Origin: a virus
Taxonomy: Duplodnaviria > Heunggongvirae > Uroviricota > Caudoviricetes
Length of the DNA stretch: 64,000 nt
Reading direction: 5' to 3' (one strand)
IMG/VR virus record: IMGVR_UViG_3300042554_002914
Notes under the pieces: generated by a model
Seen by the model: the letters and a program-made list of their open reading frames with translations, nothing else
What the model was told of the DNA's origin: nothing
The model's database searches: none
Shown here: piece after piece, positions 38,038 through 47,379 of the stretch
Numbering within the stretch: the first letter of the stretch is position 1
Layout of the letters: every line of letters begins with the position of its first letter
Program-made: the position numbers and the translations under genes

Positions 38038-38363
38038 TTCGTGGTGGATGGTGTTAGAGGTTCGGGAGTTGCGACGGCAGGGGTCATAACTTGCGGGGCA
38101 TACACAGTTAAGGCACGATCGACGGCAATAATCATGCCAACTGGCGGAATACAAGCTGCGAGTTTCCACCAAAACCATGGCGCAATCGCTATCCCAGCAA
38201 ACCACCATGCCAAGGTAAGTAAAGACAGAACCTTCGAGATACCGAAGTCTACCTTGAGTTCGATGGTCGGATGCTTAGTGGCGGCTTCGATTGCCTTTAG
38301 TGCAGTGTCGTAATTGGCGGGTTGTCTAGATGCGGAGCTAATTGATGCGGAGTTATCAGTCAT
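38034..38363 (-). CDS. Membrane protein
   Basis: Two Trp-rich hydrophobic segments. Confidence 0.65.
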   Translation of the reverse strand: MTDNSASISSASRQPANYDTALKAIEAATKHPTIELKVDFGISKVLSLLTLAWWFAGIAIAPWFWWKLAACIPPVGMIIAVDRALTVYAPQVMTPAVATPEPLTPSTTK

Positions 38364-38739
38364 TTTAGTGGGTGTTGTGGCCTCTGGGCCATGCCGTGAA
38401 CCATGGGGCCAAAGGCAATCTGATTCCGTTCTATTGTAGGGAGTTTACCCCCAAAAGTCAATGGGTGCCCTGGGGGGTTTACCGTAGGATTGCCATGAAC
38501 GCAAGGGCCATGAACACAAGTACACGTTACCAATCCCCTTCCCGCGAGCAACGAACTAGGATCGAGCCAGGGCCCGCGAGTTCTAACGCAGTAGTAATTG
38601 CGTGAGTTGAGTTGTGGGCCATTATGTTGTGGGTTTGCGGTCCGATGGATGAGTGAGTTGAGTTCGGAGTTATTAAGGTAAAGACACGGTACGGGCGAAG
38701 TTTGCCGGGTGGTGTTGTGCTTCGGGTGAGTTGACTGAT

Positions 38740-38910
38740 GGTGAGGTTGCCGGTCGGTGAGTTGACTATCGGTGAGTTGACCATCGGGTGTGATGTTACA
38801 TAACTTAACATATCAGGGCAGGGAGTTTAACGGCAATGAGTTAACTATCGGGTGGCAAAGAGTTTACCACGAGAGTAGTACACTTGTACTAGCTTACCTG
38901 ACGGCAATAC
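38740..38910. repeat. Zone-1 operator block (HLR1-like 38795-38812; LexA-like 38877-38890)
   Basis: GTTACATA-AC-TTAACATA; TAGTACACTTGTACTA; GAGTT motifs. Confidence 0.8.
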
Positions 38911-38922
38911 CCGGTGGCTAAC

Positions 38923-39135
38923 TCACTTGGAGCGGCGGCGCCTCAGCTCATCACCGTAGGTGCAGGCCTCATCGCTATAGCGGCCCTCAGCAATCGGGTT
39001 CCAGCCACGCATGGCGGCCTCGGCCTGGCGACAATCTTTGGCCGCATAGGACAGCTCGGCATCGGTCATGCGGCTAGCTTTGGCGGCCCATGCGGTGAAA
39101 TCAGCGGCGGTGGCGGCGGTGGCGGCGGTGGCCAT
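38923..39135 (-). CDS. Cassette small protein (paralogue of 40155..40340)
   Basis: MATAATAATAADFTAW...ELRRRR; own TGCTACAAT promoter. Confidence 0.75.
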   Translation of the reverse strand: MATAATAATAADFTAWAAKASRMTDAELSYAAKDCRQAEAAMRGWNPIAEGRYSDEACTYGDELRRRRSK

Positions 39136-39260
39136 GGTGCGTTCCGGTGCGGTACTCTCATATTGTAGCACCCTGGCGTGGGGATTGTGGCTCCTGGTAC
39201 CTAGGCTCGGGAAATCGTTACGGTTCGTCACATTGCCGTAGATGCTGGAACCAAGAGGGA

Positions 39261-39281
39261 AGCCCCGGCGAACCGGGGCGG
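39261..39281 (-). terminator. Hairpin GCCCCGG-TTCG-CCGGGGC (recurs at ~40120 and ~46622)
   Basis: GC stem with UUCG loop followed by U residues on the minus strand, downstream of ORFs. Confidence 0.7.
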
Positions 39282-39303
39282 ATGGCAGGCTGCTAGAAGA
39301 TCC

Positions 39304-39561
39304 TCAGGTTGCAACGTAGGAGTAGGAGACGGCCACAATGCGGGGATCATGGTCCATCCAGAACCCTACGCGACCGTGGCTGTGGCCGGAAAGGTGGGTG
39401 ATGGACACGGCGCGGGCAGGGTGCATATCGCGGGTCTTGGTGTCGCTCACAACCTCGCGGCCGTCGGCGTAGCGGAGGGTCTCGGTCTGGATGTAGGGGG
39501 CGGTGCGGGCGGCCCAGTCGCCACGGAAGGGGGCAGAGTACATAGGGGGTGAGGCAACCAT
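39304..39561 (-). CDS. Cassette small protein
   Basis: Promoter module nearly identical to that of 38923..39135. Confidence 0.7.
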   Translation of the reverse strand: MVASPPMYSAPFRGDWAARTAPYIQTETLRYADGREVVSDTKTRDMHPARAVSITHLSGHSHGRVGFWMDHDPRIVAVSYSYVAT

Positions 39562-39700
39562 TTCGGCGCCCTTTGCTTGGAACCTACATATTGTAGCACC
39601 CTGGCGAGGGGATTGTGGCCCTTGGTTCCTGGACTCGGGAAATCGTTACGGTTCGTCACATTGCCACTGGAACCGGAACCAAGGGGAAAGCCCCCGGAAA

Positions 39701-39877
39701 TCACCAGCGGGCGGCCCAGACCTTAAGCTCAGCTAGGTTGTAAGTGGCCATGCAGCCAGCGAGGGTGCCATTCTCGACCCGGTGGACTCGATACTGACCG
39801 AACCGACGAGTAACCCTTACATCCGGGTGCTCCGCGAAAAAATCTAGGATTTGATTGCTGGTGTTCAGGGTGGCCAT
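39701..39877 (-). CDS. Cassette small protein (58 aa)
   Basis: Manual translation MATLNTSNQILDFFAEHPDV...WAARW; promoter at ~39905. Confidence 0.7.
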   Translation of the reverse strand: MATLNTSNQILDFFAEHPDVRVTRRFGQYRVHRVENGTLAGCMATYNLAELKVWAARW

Positions 39878-39949
39878 TTGCCGTTTGGTTGGTTGGCTTC
39901 GTAATTATAGCATGGTTGCCAGGGGTGCCGACGGGTCTGTGAACATTCG

Positions 39950-40095
39950 GTAAGTTTGCGCTTCGGGTGCGATGTTACAAAACTTAACACATCAAGGCAG
40001 GGAGTTTAACGGCAAGGAGTTTACCACGAGAGTAATACACTTGTACCAGCTTTCCTGATGGCAATACCCGGTGGCAATACCCGACGCCAATGAGT
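39950..40095. repeat. Zone-1 operator block (HLR1-like 39974; LexA-like 40034)
   Basis: GTTACAAAACTTAACACA; AATACACTTGTACC. Confidence 0.8.
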
Positions 40096-40154
40096 TAGGC
40101 TCCGAGCGCCATACCCATGAAAAAACCCCGGCGAACCGGGGCAGGGCCAGATGC

Positions 40155-40340
40155 TCAGCGGCGGTAGCAAAGTTCCCGGTGGAGTGCATTGGACTTTGCG
40201 ACGCAGCCCCCAAGGCTCTCGGGGCGGATCCTGGCCACGAAGCCAAGGCGACGGATGGCCCGGTGGATTTCAGGGTCCGTCATCAGGGTGGCCTCTTTCT
40301 GCCAAGCGGTGAGATCAGCGATGGTAGCGACGGCGGGCAT
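40155..40340 (-). CDS. Cassette small protein
   Basis: ADLTAWQKEATLMTDPEI...ELCYRR. Confidence 0.7.
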   Translation of the reverse strand: MPAVATIADLTAWQKEATLMTDPEIHRAIRRLGFVARIRPESLGGCVAKSNALHRELCYRR

Positions 40341-40429
40341 GGTGCGTTCCGGTGCGGTACTTACATATTATATGCCAGGGATGGATGGGTGTCAAGGCGC
40401 CGGGCGGTTTTGTTTGCGCCCTGTAACAA

Positions 40430-40680
40430 TGCCGGTCGGTGAGTTTACGCTTCGGGTGTCGCGCTTCGGGTGTCGCGCTTCGGGTGTCGCGCTTCGGGTG
40501 AGTTGGCTACCGGGTGCAATGTTACAAAACTTTACATTCCGGTGGTAGCTTCGAGGCAATGAGTTAGCTACCCAGTGGCAACAAAAAACTTAACATTCCG
40601 ATGCCAATGAGTTCGACCGCAATGAGTTTACCACGGGAGTAATACACTTGTACTAACTCACCTAGTGGCAATACCCACGA
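40430..40680. repeat. Zone-1 operator block (exact HLR1 40521-40538; LexA-like 40641) plus 14-mer tandem repeat
   Basis: GTTACAAA-AC-TTTACATT; tandem cgcttcgggtgtcg units. Confidence 0.85.
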
Positions 40681-40729
40681 CAAAAAGCCCCGGCAAGGCC
40701 AGGGCAAGGTGGGAATTGGGCCGGAATCC

Positions 40730-40972
40730 TTAGGTGAGGGTCTCGATAGACTGGCTCAGCATGCCCATCAGCAGACGCAGGGTCTCAAGGGTTTCAGGGG
40801 CGGGGCGGAAGATGGCTTCGCCATCGGGGCGGTACACTTCCCCCAGGGACTCGATTAGGTTGGCTAGGGCGATGCCCTCGGTGACGGCCTTGTTCATAAT
40901 CCGGTCTACCTCAGCGGCGACGGGTGTGGCGGCAGTGGTTGCCGTGAATGTGATGCCGGTTGCGGTTGCCAT
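40730..40972 (-). CDS. Cassette small protein
   Basis: MATATGITFTATT; own promoter. Confidence 0.75.
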   Translation of the reverse strand: MATATGITFTATTAATPVAAEVDRIMNKAVTEGIALANLIESLGEVYRPDGEAIFRPAPETLETLRLLMGMLSQSIETLT

Positions 40973-41088
40973 TGGTGCGGTGTCGGTTGGTGACTCTGTA
41001 ATTGTAGCACACTGCCGGTGGTGCCGTGGGTTCTGTTACGCTTAGTGGCGGCAGTCAAGGAACCAGGGGGCGCAAGCCCCCCCACAAG

Positions 41089-41268
41089 TTAGAAGCGGAT
41101 GATGGGGTGATCAGGGTCGAGGGTATCACATTCTTCAGTTGTGAAAACCAACTCAACTTTCTGGCCAAAATACTCATCAATTCCCTCGTCATAAACTGTA
41201 ACGTTAGAGTCCAGTTGTTCATCGGTGAATTGTTGCAGTTGCTGAAGCAGTTCCCGGTAGGTAATCAT
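41089..41268 (-). CDS. Cassette small acidic protein
   Basis: MITYRELLQQLQQFTDEQLDSNVTVYDE...LDPDHP. Confidence 0.75.
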   Translation of the reverse strand: MITYRELLQQLQQFTDEQLDSNVTVYDEGIDEYFGQKVELVFTTEECDTLDPDHPIIRF

Positions 41269-41345
41269 TGCGGTGTCGGTGAGTGACTCTGTAATTGTAG
41301 CATACGGCAGGCAGGGGGCGCAAGCCCCCTTAACCCTTGGATCAT

Positions 41346-41507
41346 TCATTCCCAGGTGGCACTAGCGACCCAGCCAGGGATCCCCCGGTCGGCAAAGCCG
41401 GAATTCATCCGCTCTGCTTCGGCGATGGCGAGGTCCTTGTCGTGCGTTTCGTAGGCAATCTCGCGACCGGTTTCAGTGCAGAGGATGACGCGGTAGGTGC
41501 GGGCCAT
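41346..41507 (-). CDS. Cassette small protein (53 aa)
   Basis: Manual translation MARTYRVILCTETGREIAYE... Confidence 0.7.
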   Translation of the reverse strand: MARTYRVILCTETGREIAYETHDKDLAIAEAERMNSGFADRGIPGWVASATWE

Positions 41508-41720
41508 TGTTGCCGGTGGGTGTGTTACCTCGTAATTATAGCATAGATGGGCAGGGTGCCGTTGGTTTGCCGTTGGTTTTGTTTACGTTCGGTAACAATG
41601 CCGTTGGGGGTTAGCCGCCAGGAGTAATACACTTGTACTAGCTCACCCGGTGAGTTTACGCTTCGTGACGACAGGCACGGCAAGGGGCCCCGGCAGGCAA
41701 GCCCCCCCCCCTAGGCACCC

Positions 41721-41855
41721 TCAGGCCTCGCCAACGACAATCCAGCCCTTGGGTTTCCGGCTAAGGGGGCCTGTGTAAACGACTTGCTCAAGGTACCCTT
41801 CGCGGTTGGTGCGCTCAAGCAGCCACTGGCTGGAGGTGGTGGTTTTGGTGGCCAT
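41721..41855 (-). CDS. Cassette small protein (44 aa)
   Basis: MATKTTTSSQWLLERTNREGYLEQVVYTGP... Confidence 0.65.
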   Translation of the reverse strand: MATKTTTSSQWLLERTNREGYLEQVVYTGPLSRKPKGWIVVGEA

Positions 41856-41928
41856 TGCGGTTCGGTGGGTGACTCCCGGTTAGTGACTCTGAGATTATAG
41901 CACGGATAGGCAGGGGGCGCAAGCCCCC

Positions 41929-42141
41929 TCAGGCAGGCATCGTGAAGTATGTTTCCTCTTCATCCCATCCTTGCTGGATAAGTTCTTTGATACCCTGTTC
42001 CCCATCTTCCTCGGAAGGGTGCAGCCAATTCAGCTCCCAGCTCCCATCGTAGCCAACCCGGAAAGTGGCACAGACGGTACCGGGTAGGAGGTGATAGGGG
42101 TGGCCCAGGGGGCAGTAGCAGATGGAAGGGGTGGTTGCCAT
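41929..42141 (-). CDS. Cassette small protein
   Basis: MATTPSICYCPLG; own promoter. Confidence 0.7.
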   Translation of the reverse strand: MATTPSICYCPLGHPYHLLPGTVCATFRVGYDGSWELNWLHPSEEDGEQGIKELIQQGWDEEETYFTMPA

Positions 42142-42229
42142 GGTGCGTTGCGGTGTCGGTTGGTGACTCTGTAATTGTAGCACACGGCAGGCAGGGGGGA
42201 TCAATGCGGTGTCAACCCCCTCGGCACCC

Positions 42230-42676
42230 TCAGCCAGCAACCACAGCACCCTTGGCAGTCTTACGGGGTGCACGCTTGCGGGCAGGGGCCGGTGCATCGG
42301 CGGTCGCAGTGGCCTTGGTTGCCTTAGTCGTCTTAGTCGTCTTGGTCCGGCTCTTACGGACAGGGGCAGCAGCCAGCAGGGCGATAGGGCCACTTGCGGC
42401 CATCAGGACGGGAACCTCAGCAGGCACGACGATTTCCTGGAATTCGATAGCGATGCCATCGATGGCTTCAACCGTGGCCCTAGCCAGGGCAGCCAACTGA
42501 TCGTTGCGGGCATCTATTGCCTCGCGGGTTTGACAACCCAGATCATAGGCAGTGTCTGCCGTGATGGTGGCGATGGTGATGATCAGGGCCAGGATGGTAC
42601 CGGCAATGCGGGCAGCCTTCTCAAGGGTGGGGGCCCAATCGGCTTTCAGGATGGTTGCGATGGTGGTGGTGGCCAT
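42230..42676 (-). CDS. Cassette protein with hydrophobic segment and Lys/Thr/Ala-rich tail
   Basis: RKSRTKTTKTTKATKATAT...RKRAPRKTAK. Confidence 0.75.
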   Translation of the reverse strand: MATTTIATILKADWAPTLEKAARIAGTILALIITIATITADTAYDLGCQTREAIDARNDQLAALARATVEAIDGIAIEFQEIVVPAEVPVLMAASGPIALLAAAPVRKSRTKTTKTTKATKATATADAPAPARKRAPRKTAKGAVVAG

Positions 42677-42769
42677 GGTGCGTTTCGCTTGGGACCCCCA
42701 TATTGTATGGGATGGGTGGCCAGGTGTCAAGCCGCTGGCGGTTTTGTTTGCATTCCGTAATAATGCCAT

Positions 42770-43110
42770 TGGGAGTTAGCCGCTAGGAGAAATACACTTG
42801 TACTAGCTTGCCCGATGTTGCTCTCCGATGTTGCTCTCCGGTGAGTTGACTATCGGTGAGTTGACTATCGGGTGTGATGTTACAAAACTTTACATATCAG
42901 GGCAGGGGGTTTGACCGTAATGAGTTAGCCACTCGGTGTCAACACAAAACTTAACATTGCGGTGAGTTTACCATCAAGTGGCAATACAAAACTTAACACA
43001 TCAAGGCAGGGAGTTTGACGGCAATGGGTTAGCTATCCGGTGTCAACACAAAACTTAACATTCCGGTAGCAATTTGACGGCAATGAGTTAGCTATTGGGT
43101 GTCAACATTG
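42770..43110. repeat. Zone-1 operator block (LexA-like 42791; exact HLR1 42879-42896 plus three degenerate copies)
   Basis: ACAAAACTT(A/T)ACA x4 with GGCAATGAGTTAGC units. Confidence 0.85.
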
Positions 43111-43180
43111 CCAGGGAGCACGATAAGCCGACATAAAGAAAGGCCGCCGATTGGCAGCCCTTTACTATGCGGACTTTCGT

Positions 43181-43570
43181 TCACAAAGGGTTGAAATTAT
43201 CATCCACATCGTCCATCATTTCAAAGGTAGGGCAATGTAGCAGATTGCCCCTTGCAGCATACCCGTCGATGACATATTGTGCGTATTGCTTAATGTTTTG
43301 AACAGCATCTTTGCTGTCTACTGTATCCACGAACTTGCCCATGTTATAGTATGAAATCTGATCACCATTGTGGAAGTGATAAACCCTCTTTAGAATGAGA
43401 CGCATCTCACTCACAAAGAACCCCATATCGACTTGACATTCGTCCCCTACCCCAAAGGATACGGGAAATGTATACAAACCGTTAGGGTGCGGATTAGCCC
43501 AAGGGCTGGAATTCTCCCACTGTAGGGTAACTGAAGTCGTCCCACGAGAAATGATCGAGGGGGTGGGCAT
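43181..43570 (-). CDS. Cassette hypothetical protein
   Basis: 129 aa; own promoter. Confidence 0.75.
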   Translation of the reverse strand: MPTPSIISRGTTSVTLQWENSSPWANPHPNGLYTFPVSFGVGDECQVDMGFFVSEMRLILKRVYHFHNGDQISYYNMGKFVDTVDSKDAVQNIKQYAQYVIDGYAARGNLLHCPTFEMMDDVDDNFNPL

Positions 43571-43760
43571 GGTGCGTTCCGGTTGACTCTGTAATTATAG
43601 CATGGGGCGGGAGCCTGCTGTGGGGTGCCGGTGGTTGCCGGTGGTTTTATTTACGTTTGGTAACAATGCCGGTGGCAAGGAGTTTGACAGCAGGGGGGTT
43701 ATTGTACCAACAGAAAGGGCCACCTTTCGGTGACCCTGCCCTTGGTTATTCTACCAAGAG

Positions 43761-43958
43761 TCAACAATCGTAGAATTTATATACTCTGGCCCCCTCTTCT
43801 CTAAAGGAGACATCTTCCGGGAAATGCTTCAACCGGTATTTAGAAAGGCTGCAGATATTCACCATTAGGATGTGACTGATGCAGATTTTTTGCAATGTGT
43901 CGAAACACTCTGGCTTCGATAGAATGCTGTGGTGGTCGATGACGAGGCAGGCAGACAT
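43761..43958 (-). CDS. Cassette small protein
   Basis: 65 aa; own promoter. Confidence 0.6.
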   Translation of the reverse strand: MSACLVIDHHSILSKPECFDTLQKICISHILMVNICSLSKYRLKHFPEDVSFREEGARVYKFYDC

Positions 43959-44039
43959 TACGGTTTGGTGCGGTTGACCCTGTAATTATAGCATGGAGCC
44001 AAGGGTACTGTGTGGTGCCGTTGGTTTTGTTTACGTTTG

Positions 44040-44250
44040 GTTGCCATTGGAGGTTAGCCGCCAGGAGTAATACACTTGTACTAGCTTGCCTAGTGAGTTT
44101 ACGCTCCGGGTGAGTTGTAACAAAACTTTACACACCAGGGCAATGAGTTAGCTCTCCGGTGTCAACACAAAACTTTACACACCGGGGCAATGAGTTTGAC
44201 GGCAAGGAGTAGTACACTTGTACTAGCTCACCCGATGGCAATACCCAACT
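44040..44250. repeat. Zone-1 operator block (LexA-like 44069, exact 44211-44224; HLR1-like 44117 and ~44163)
   Basis: AGTACACTTGTACT; GTAACAAAACTTTACACA. Confidence 0.85.
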
Positions 44251-44296
44251 AGCAAAAAGCCCCAGAGAACCGGGGCGAGATGGAAAGGTCGCGGTA

Positions 44297-44605
44297 TCAT
44301 GCGCAGCGGTAGAGCCAGCCAGTCGTCGGCTGAACCGGGCTAGGATCGGCCAAAATTGAAGCCAGCCATGCCCGAACACCTTTAGCGGGGGCTTTCCAGC
44401 TATCGGCTTTCAAGATGGCCCCGTCTGTCAGGCGTATAAAGCAGTAGACCGAACGCTGAGACTCGCAGGGAACACCACTGTGGATAGGCACCATTGATAC
44501 CTTGGCATTGCTGCGGCCCATTTGGTAGGCGTAGGCGTAGGCGCCAGCGCTCTTACTGGTCAAAATGGCGATAAAGGCATCGATCTGGGATGTGGTGGTG
44601 GCCAT
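44297..44605 (-). CDS. Cassette phage protein
   Basis: SVYCFI...GAILKADSWKAPAKGVR, a recurrent motif in myophage early proteins. Confidence 0.75.
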   Translation of the reverse strand: MATTTSQIDAFIAILTSKSAGAYAYAYQMGRSNAKVSMVPIHSGVPCESQRSVYCFIRLTDGAILKADSWKAPAKGVRAWLASILADPSPVQPTTGWLYRCA

Positions 44606-44672
44606 GGTGCGTTGCGGTGTCGGTTGGGGACTCTGTAATTGTACCATACGGCAGGCAGGGGACGCAAGCCCC

Positions 44673-44849
44673 CTAACCCCGTGGCGCTCTGGCAGCTTCG
44701 ACGTGGAGCCCCCGAGCGATCTCTTTAAGTTCGGATTCAGAGCGGAAAACCAGCATGAGCCAGAATTCTCCGGTGACCTCAAGATTGTTGGCCCTGATGA
44801 CGTTCATGATGTCGTGGCGGAGGTCTTGCTTGCGCTGGGTGGCGGTCAT
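44673..44849 (-). CDS. Cassette small protein (58 aa)
   Basis: Manual translation MTATQRKQDLRHDIMNVIRAN... Confidence 0.7.
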   Translation of the reverse strand: MTATQRKQDLRHDIMNVIRANNLEVTGEFWLMLVFRSESELKEIARGLHVEAARAPRG

Positions 44850-44904
44850 TGCTGGTGGTGTCGGTTGGGGACCTCGTAATTATAGCACGGGGCGGGCCAT
44901 GCGG

Positions 44905-45084
44905 TCAGCCAAACTGCTTACGAAGTTCGATCAGTTCTGCAACTTTGACCTTAAGCATGGTTTTCGCCATACCATCTTTTTCGAAGACGCATAACTTGGT
45001 TTTTGAGTTGCCCCAAGTTGTTACGCGGATTCCAAAGGGCTTGAGGGCGGCATCGGCTTCGGCAGCGGTCAGTGTGGTGGTCAT
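44905..45084 (-). CDS. Cassette small protein
   Basis: MTTTLTAAEADAALKPFG. Confidence 0.7.
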   Translation of the reverse strand: MTTTLTAAEADAALKPFGIRVTTWGNSKTKLCVFEKDGMAKTMLKVKVAELIELRKQFG

Positions 45085-45154
45085 GGGTGACTCCCGGTTG
45101 GTGACTCTGTAATTGTACCATGGGGCCAACGGAATCGTCAACCCCTGGCAGCAA

Positions 45155-45499
45155 TCAGCCCATCCCCGCAACCCTAGCAAGCTCCTGCATGGTGCAAGGG
45201 GAAGAACCCATCAGAGGCAAAATCGCAACTTCCATATGCGAATGCAGATTCTGCCAGCGAATGGCATAGGCGGCGGCATCCTCGATGGACCAGCCTTCTA
45301 CGGGGCCACCCTGAAGGAACCAGCGGGGCTGATGGTCGGACGGGGATTTGGGCTTGACGCGAGCCCACAGACGGTATGTGGTTGCTGGGGCTGCGGGTTG
45401 CATCGGGGCGGCGGGTTGCATCGGGGCTGCGGGTTGCATCGGGGCTGCGGGTTGCATCGGGGCGGCGGGTTGCATCGGGGCGGTGGTTGCAATAGCCAT
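45155..45499 (-). CDS. Cassette protein with (PMQPAA)5 repeat
   Basis: 18-bp in-frame tandem repeat. Confidence 0.7.
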   Translation of the reverse strand: MAIATTAPMQPAAPMQPAAPMQPAAPMQPAAPMQPAAPATTYRLWARVKPKSPSDHQPRWFLQGGPVEGWSIEDAAAYAIRWQNLHSHMEVAILPLMGSSPCTMQELARVAGMG

Positions 45500-45652
45500 C
45501 GTTGCGGTGTCGGTTGGGGACCTCGTAATTATAGCATGGATGGGCCAGAGAACGCAATCCCTAACCCCTCGTGACGGCAGGCAAGGGGCCAACACAGTGT
45601 CAACCCCATGGTATTGTCAACCCCTCGGCATTGTCAACCCCCCCCGGCATCA

Positions 45653-45895
45653 TCAGCGCCATCCAGCGCACCAATCCCCTTTGACAGGCTCCACAACGCG
45701 GATTATCACCCACTGCCCGCATTCTTTGACATAGACACGGACCGGCTGTGAGACCTCTACGGCCCAATCCCGAGCCCTTTCCATGGCTTCGTCACAGGTG
45801 GCGAAAAATTCGGCCTCATCCTTGAATTCAAAGACGTCCGCTGGGGGTAGAACGGCGTAGGATGTCGGGTCAATGATGGTTGTTGCTGGGTCCAT
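45653..45895 (-). CDS. Cassette small protein (paralogue of 54617..54850)
   Basis: MDPATTII...[10 protein letters not shown]...A.DW...PV.VY. Confidence 0.75.
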   Translation of the reverse strand: MDPATTIIDPTSYAVLPPADVFEFKDEAEFFATCDEAMERARDWAVEVSQPVRVYVKECGQWVIIRVVEPVKGDWCAGWR

Positions 45896-45992
45896 TGTGG
45901 GCGCTCCGGGGTGGTTTCCCTTGGTTGGCTGGTGACAGGTTGATTATAGCATAGGGGCCGACGCATTGTCAACCCCATGGCACCGTCAACCC

Positions 45993-46232
45993 TCACGCAG
46001 CAGCCAAGGCATCCAGGGCGGTAGCCAGGGCAGTAGCAGGGAAATAGCGGTCCTCACCTTCGCAGATATCCGACAGGCACCAGCGGAAACCACGACGGGT
46101 CGCATCAGCGGTCAGGATGTAGTCGGCACCTTTGAAGAATGCTCGGGATCCTTCACTGAATTCCACTCCAGCAGGGAGGCCATTGCGGAGGGCAGCGTTG
46201 ATCATGGCGGAGGGGGTGGTTGCCGGGCCCAT
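45993..46232 (-). CDS. Cassette small protein
   Basis: MGPATTPSAMINAAL. Confidence 0.7.
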   Translation of the reverse strand: MGPATTPSAMINAALRNGLPAGVEFSEGSRAFFKGADYILTADATRRGFRWCLSDICEGEDRYFPATALATALDALAAA

Positions 46233-46329
46233 GTTGTCGTTTGGTGCGTTGCCTAGTAATTGTAGCATATGGCCGAGGGTGCTGGGTGGCCAAGGGGTTT
46301 GTTTACGTTTCGTCACAATGCCAGGTGGT

Positions 46330-46610
46330 TTGTTTGCGCTCCGGGTGTGATGTTACAAAACTTAACATTCCGGTGGCAGTTTGACGGAAATGAGTTAACT
46401 ATCGGGTGACAACACAAAACTTAACATTCCCATGGCAGTTTGACGGCGATGAGTTAGCTACCGGGTGACAACACAAAACTTAACATTCCGGTGGCAGTTT
46501 GACGGCAATGAGTTAACTATCGGGTGAGTTGTAATGAAACTTAACACACCATGGCAGGGAGTAATACAAAAGTACTAGCTTTCCTGACGGCAATACCCGG
46601 TGGCAATATC
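46330..46610. repeat. Zone-1 operator block: ~59-bp tandem unit x4 with HLR1-like site; LexA-like 46563
   Basis: ACAAAACTTAACATTCC..TGGCAGTTTGACGG..ATGAGTTA repeated. Confidence 0.85.
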
Positions 46611-46656
46611 CAAATAGCAAGAAGCCCCGGCGAACCGGGGCAGTATCGGGGGGGTG

Positions 46657-46869
46657 TCAGCCTACGCCTTGTCCCCAGACGGTTAAGCAGCGGTCTCGGG
46701 CGACCCGGTAGGAATCAAGCTCCCTGCGGTTGAGATCCAACATGGGGCGATAGCCGTTGATACCAGCCGCACATGCCGCTTTCCAAGCAGCCTCAGCACG
46801 GTCAATAGCGCATTGGGCGATATTAGCCCAAGCATCGGCGGAGATGGTTGCGGTGGTGGTGGGAGCCAT
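46657..46869 (-). CDS. Cassette small protein
   Basis: MAPTTTATISADAW. Confidence 0.7.
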   Translation of the reverse strand: MAPTTTATISADAWANIAQCAIDRAEAAWKAACAAGINGYRPMLDLNRRELDSYRVARDRCLTVWGQGVG

Positions 46870-46929
46870 TTGCCGTTTGGTGTGGTACCCTGAAATTATA
46901 GCACGGTGCAGGGGCAATTGCGGGGTGCC

Positions 46930-47140
46930 GTTTGATGACGTTCTGTAACAATGCCGTTTGAGTAGTAGGTTTGTACTAGCGGACTTCGGCGGCAATTTGC
47001 GGTTCGAACTATCGGGTGTGATGTTACAAAACTTAACACATCGGGGCAGGGAGTTTAACGGCAACGAGTTTACTATCTGGTGGCAACACCACGGCAAGGA
47101 GTAATACACTTGTGCTAGTGAGCCCAGTGGTAATACCCAG
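46930..47140. repeat. Zone-1 operator block (LexA-like 46964 and 47103; HLR1-like 47023)
   Basis: AGTAGGTTTGTACT; GTTACAAAACTTAACACA; AATACACTTGTGCT. Confidence 0.8.
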
Positions 47141-47148
47141 TGTCAAAA

Positions 47149-47221
47149 TGGGGGCCACGAGGATCGGACTCGTCTTCTATTTGTTATGAGCAAATTGCAT
47201 TCACCAGATTGCTAGACCCCC
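47149..47221 (-). tRNA. tRNA with CAT anticodon (elongator Met or Ile2)
   Basis: GGGGGTC/GGCCCCC acceptor stem, GCA/TGC D arm with TGG, ATTTG-CTCATAA-CAAAT anticodon arm, ACGAG-TCCGATC-CTCGT T arm; no encoded CCA; atypical C at position 55. Confidence 0.85.
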
Positions 47222-47250
47222 GTGTTTTCAGTTTGTCTTAGTTTGAGTTT

Positions 47251-47340
47251 TGTTGCGCTTCGTGATGGTTAGGCATGGCATGTTGCGCTTCGTGATGGTT
47301 AGGCATGGCATGTTGCGCTTCGTGATGATGGGCATGGCAA
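47251..47340. repeat. 30-bp tandem repeat x3 upstream of tRNA
   Basis: tgttgcgcttcgtgatggttaggcatggca. Confidence 0.85.
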
Positions 47341-47379
47341 GGGGCCGACGCAATGGCAACCCCTCGGCAACCCCGGCCA

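Noticed and set aside
737-38313. Long plus-strand ORFs (e.g. 737..1786, 15579..16391, 20216..20806)
   Set aside because: Antisense shadows of well-supported minus-strand genes, with no recognisable motifs
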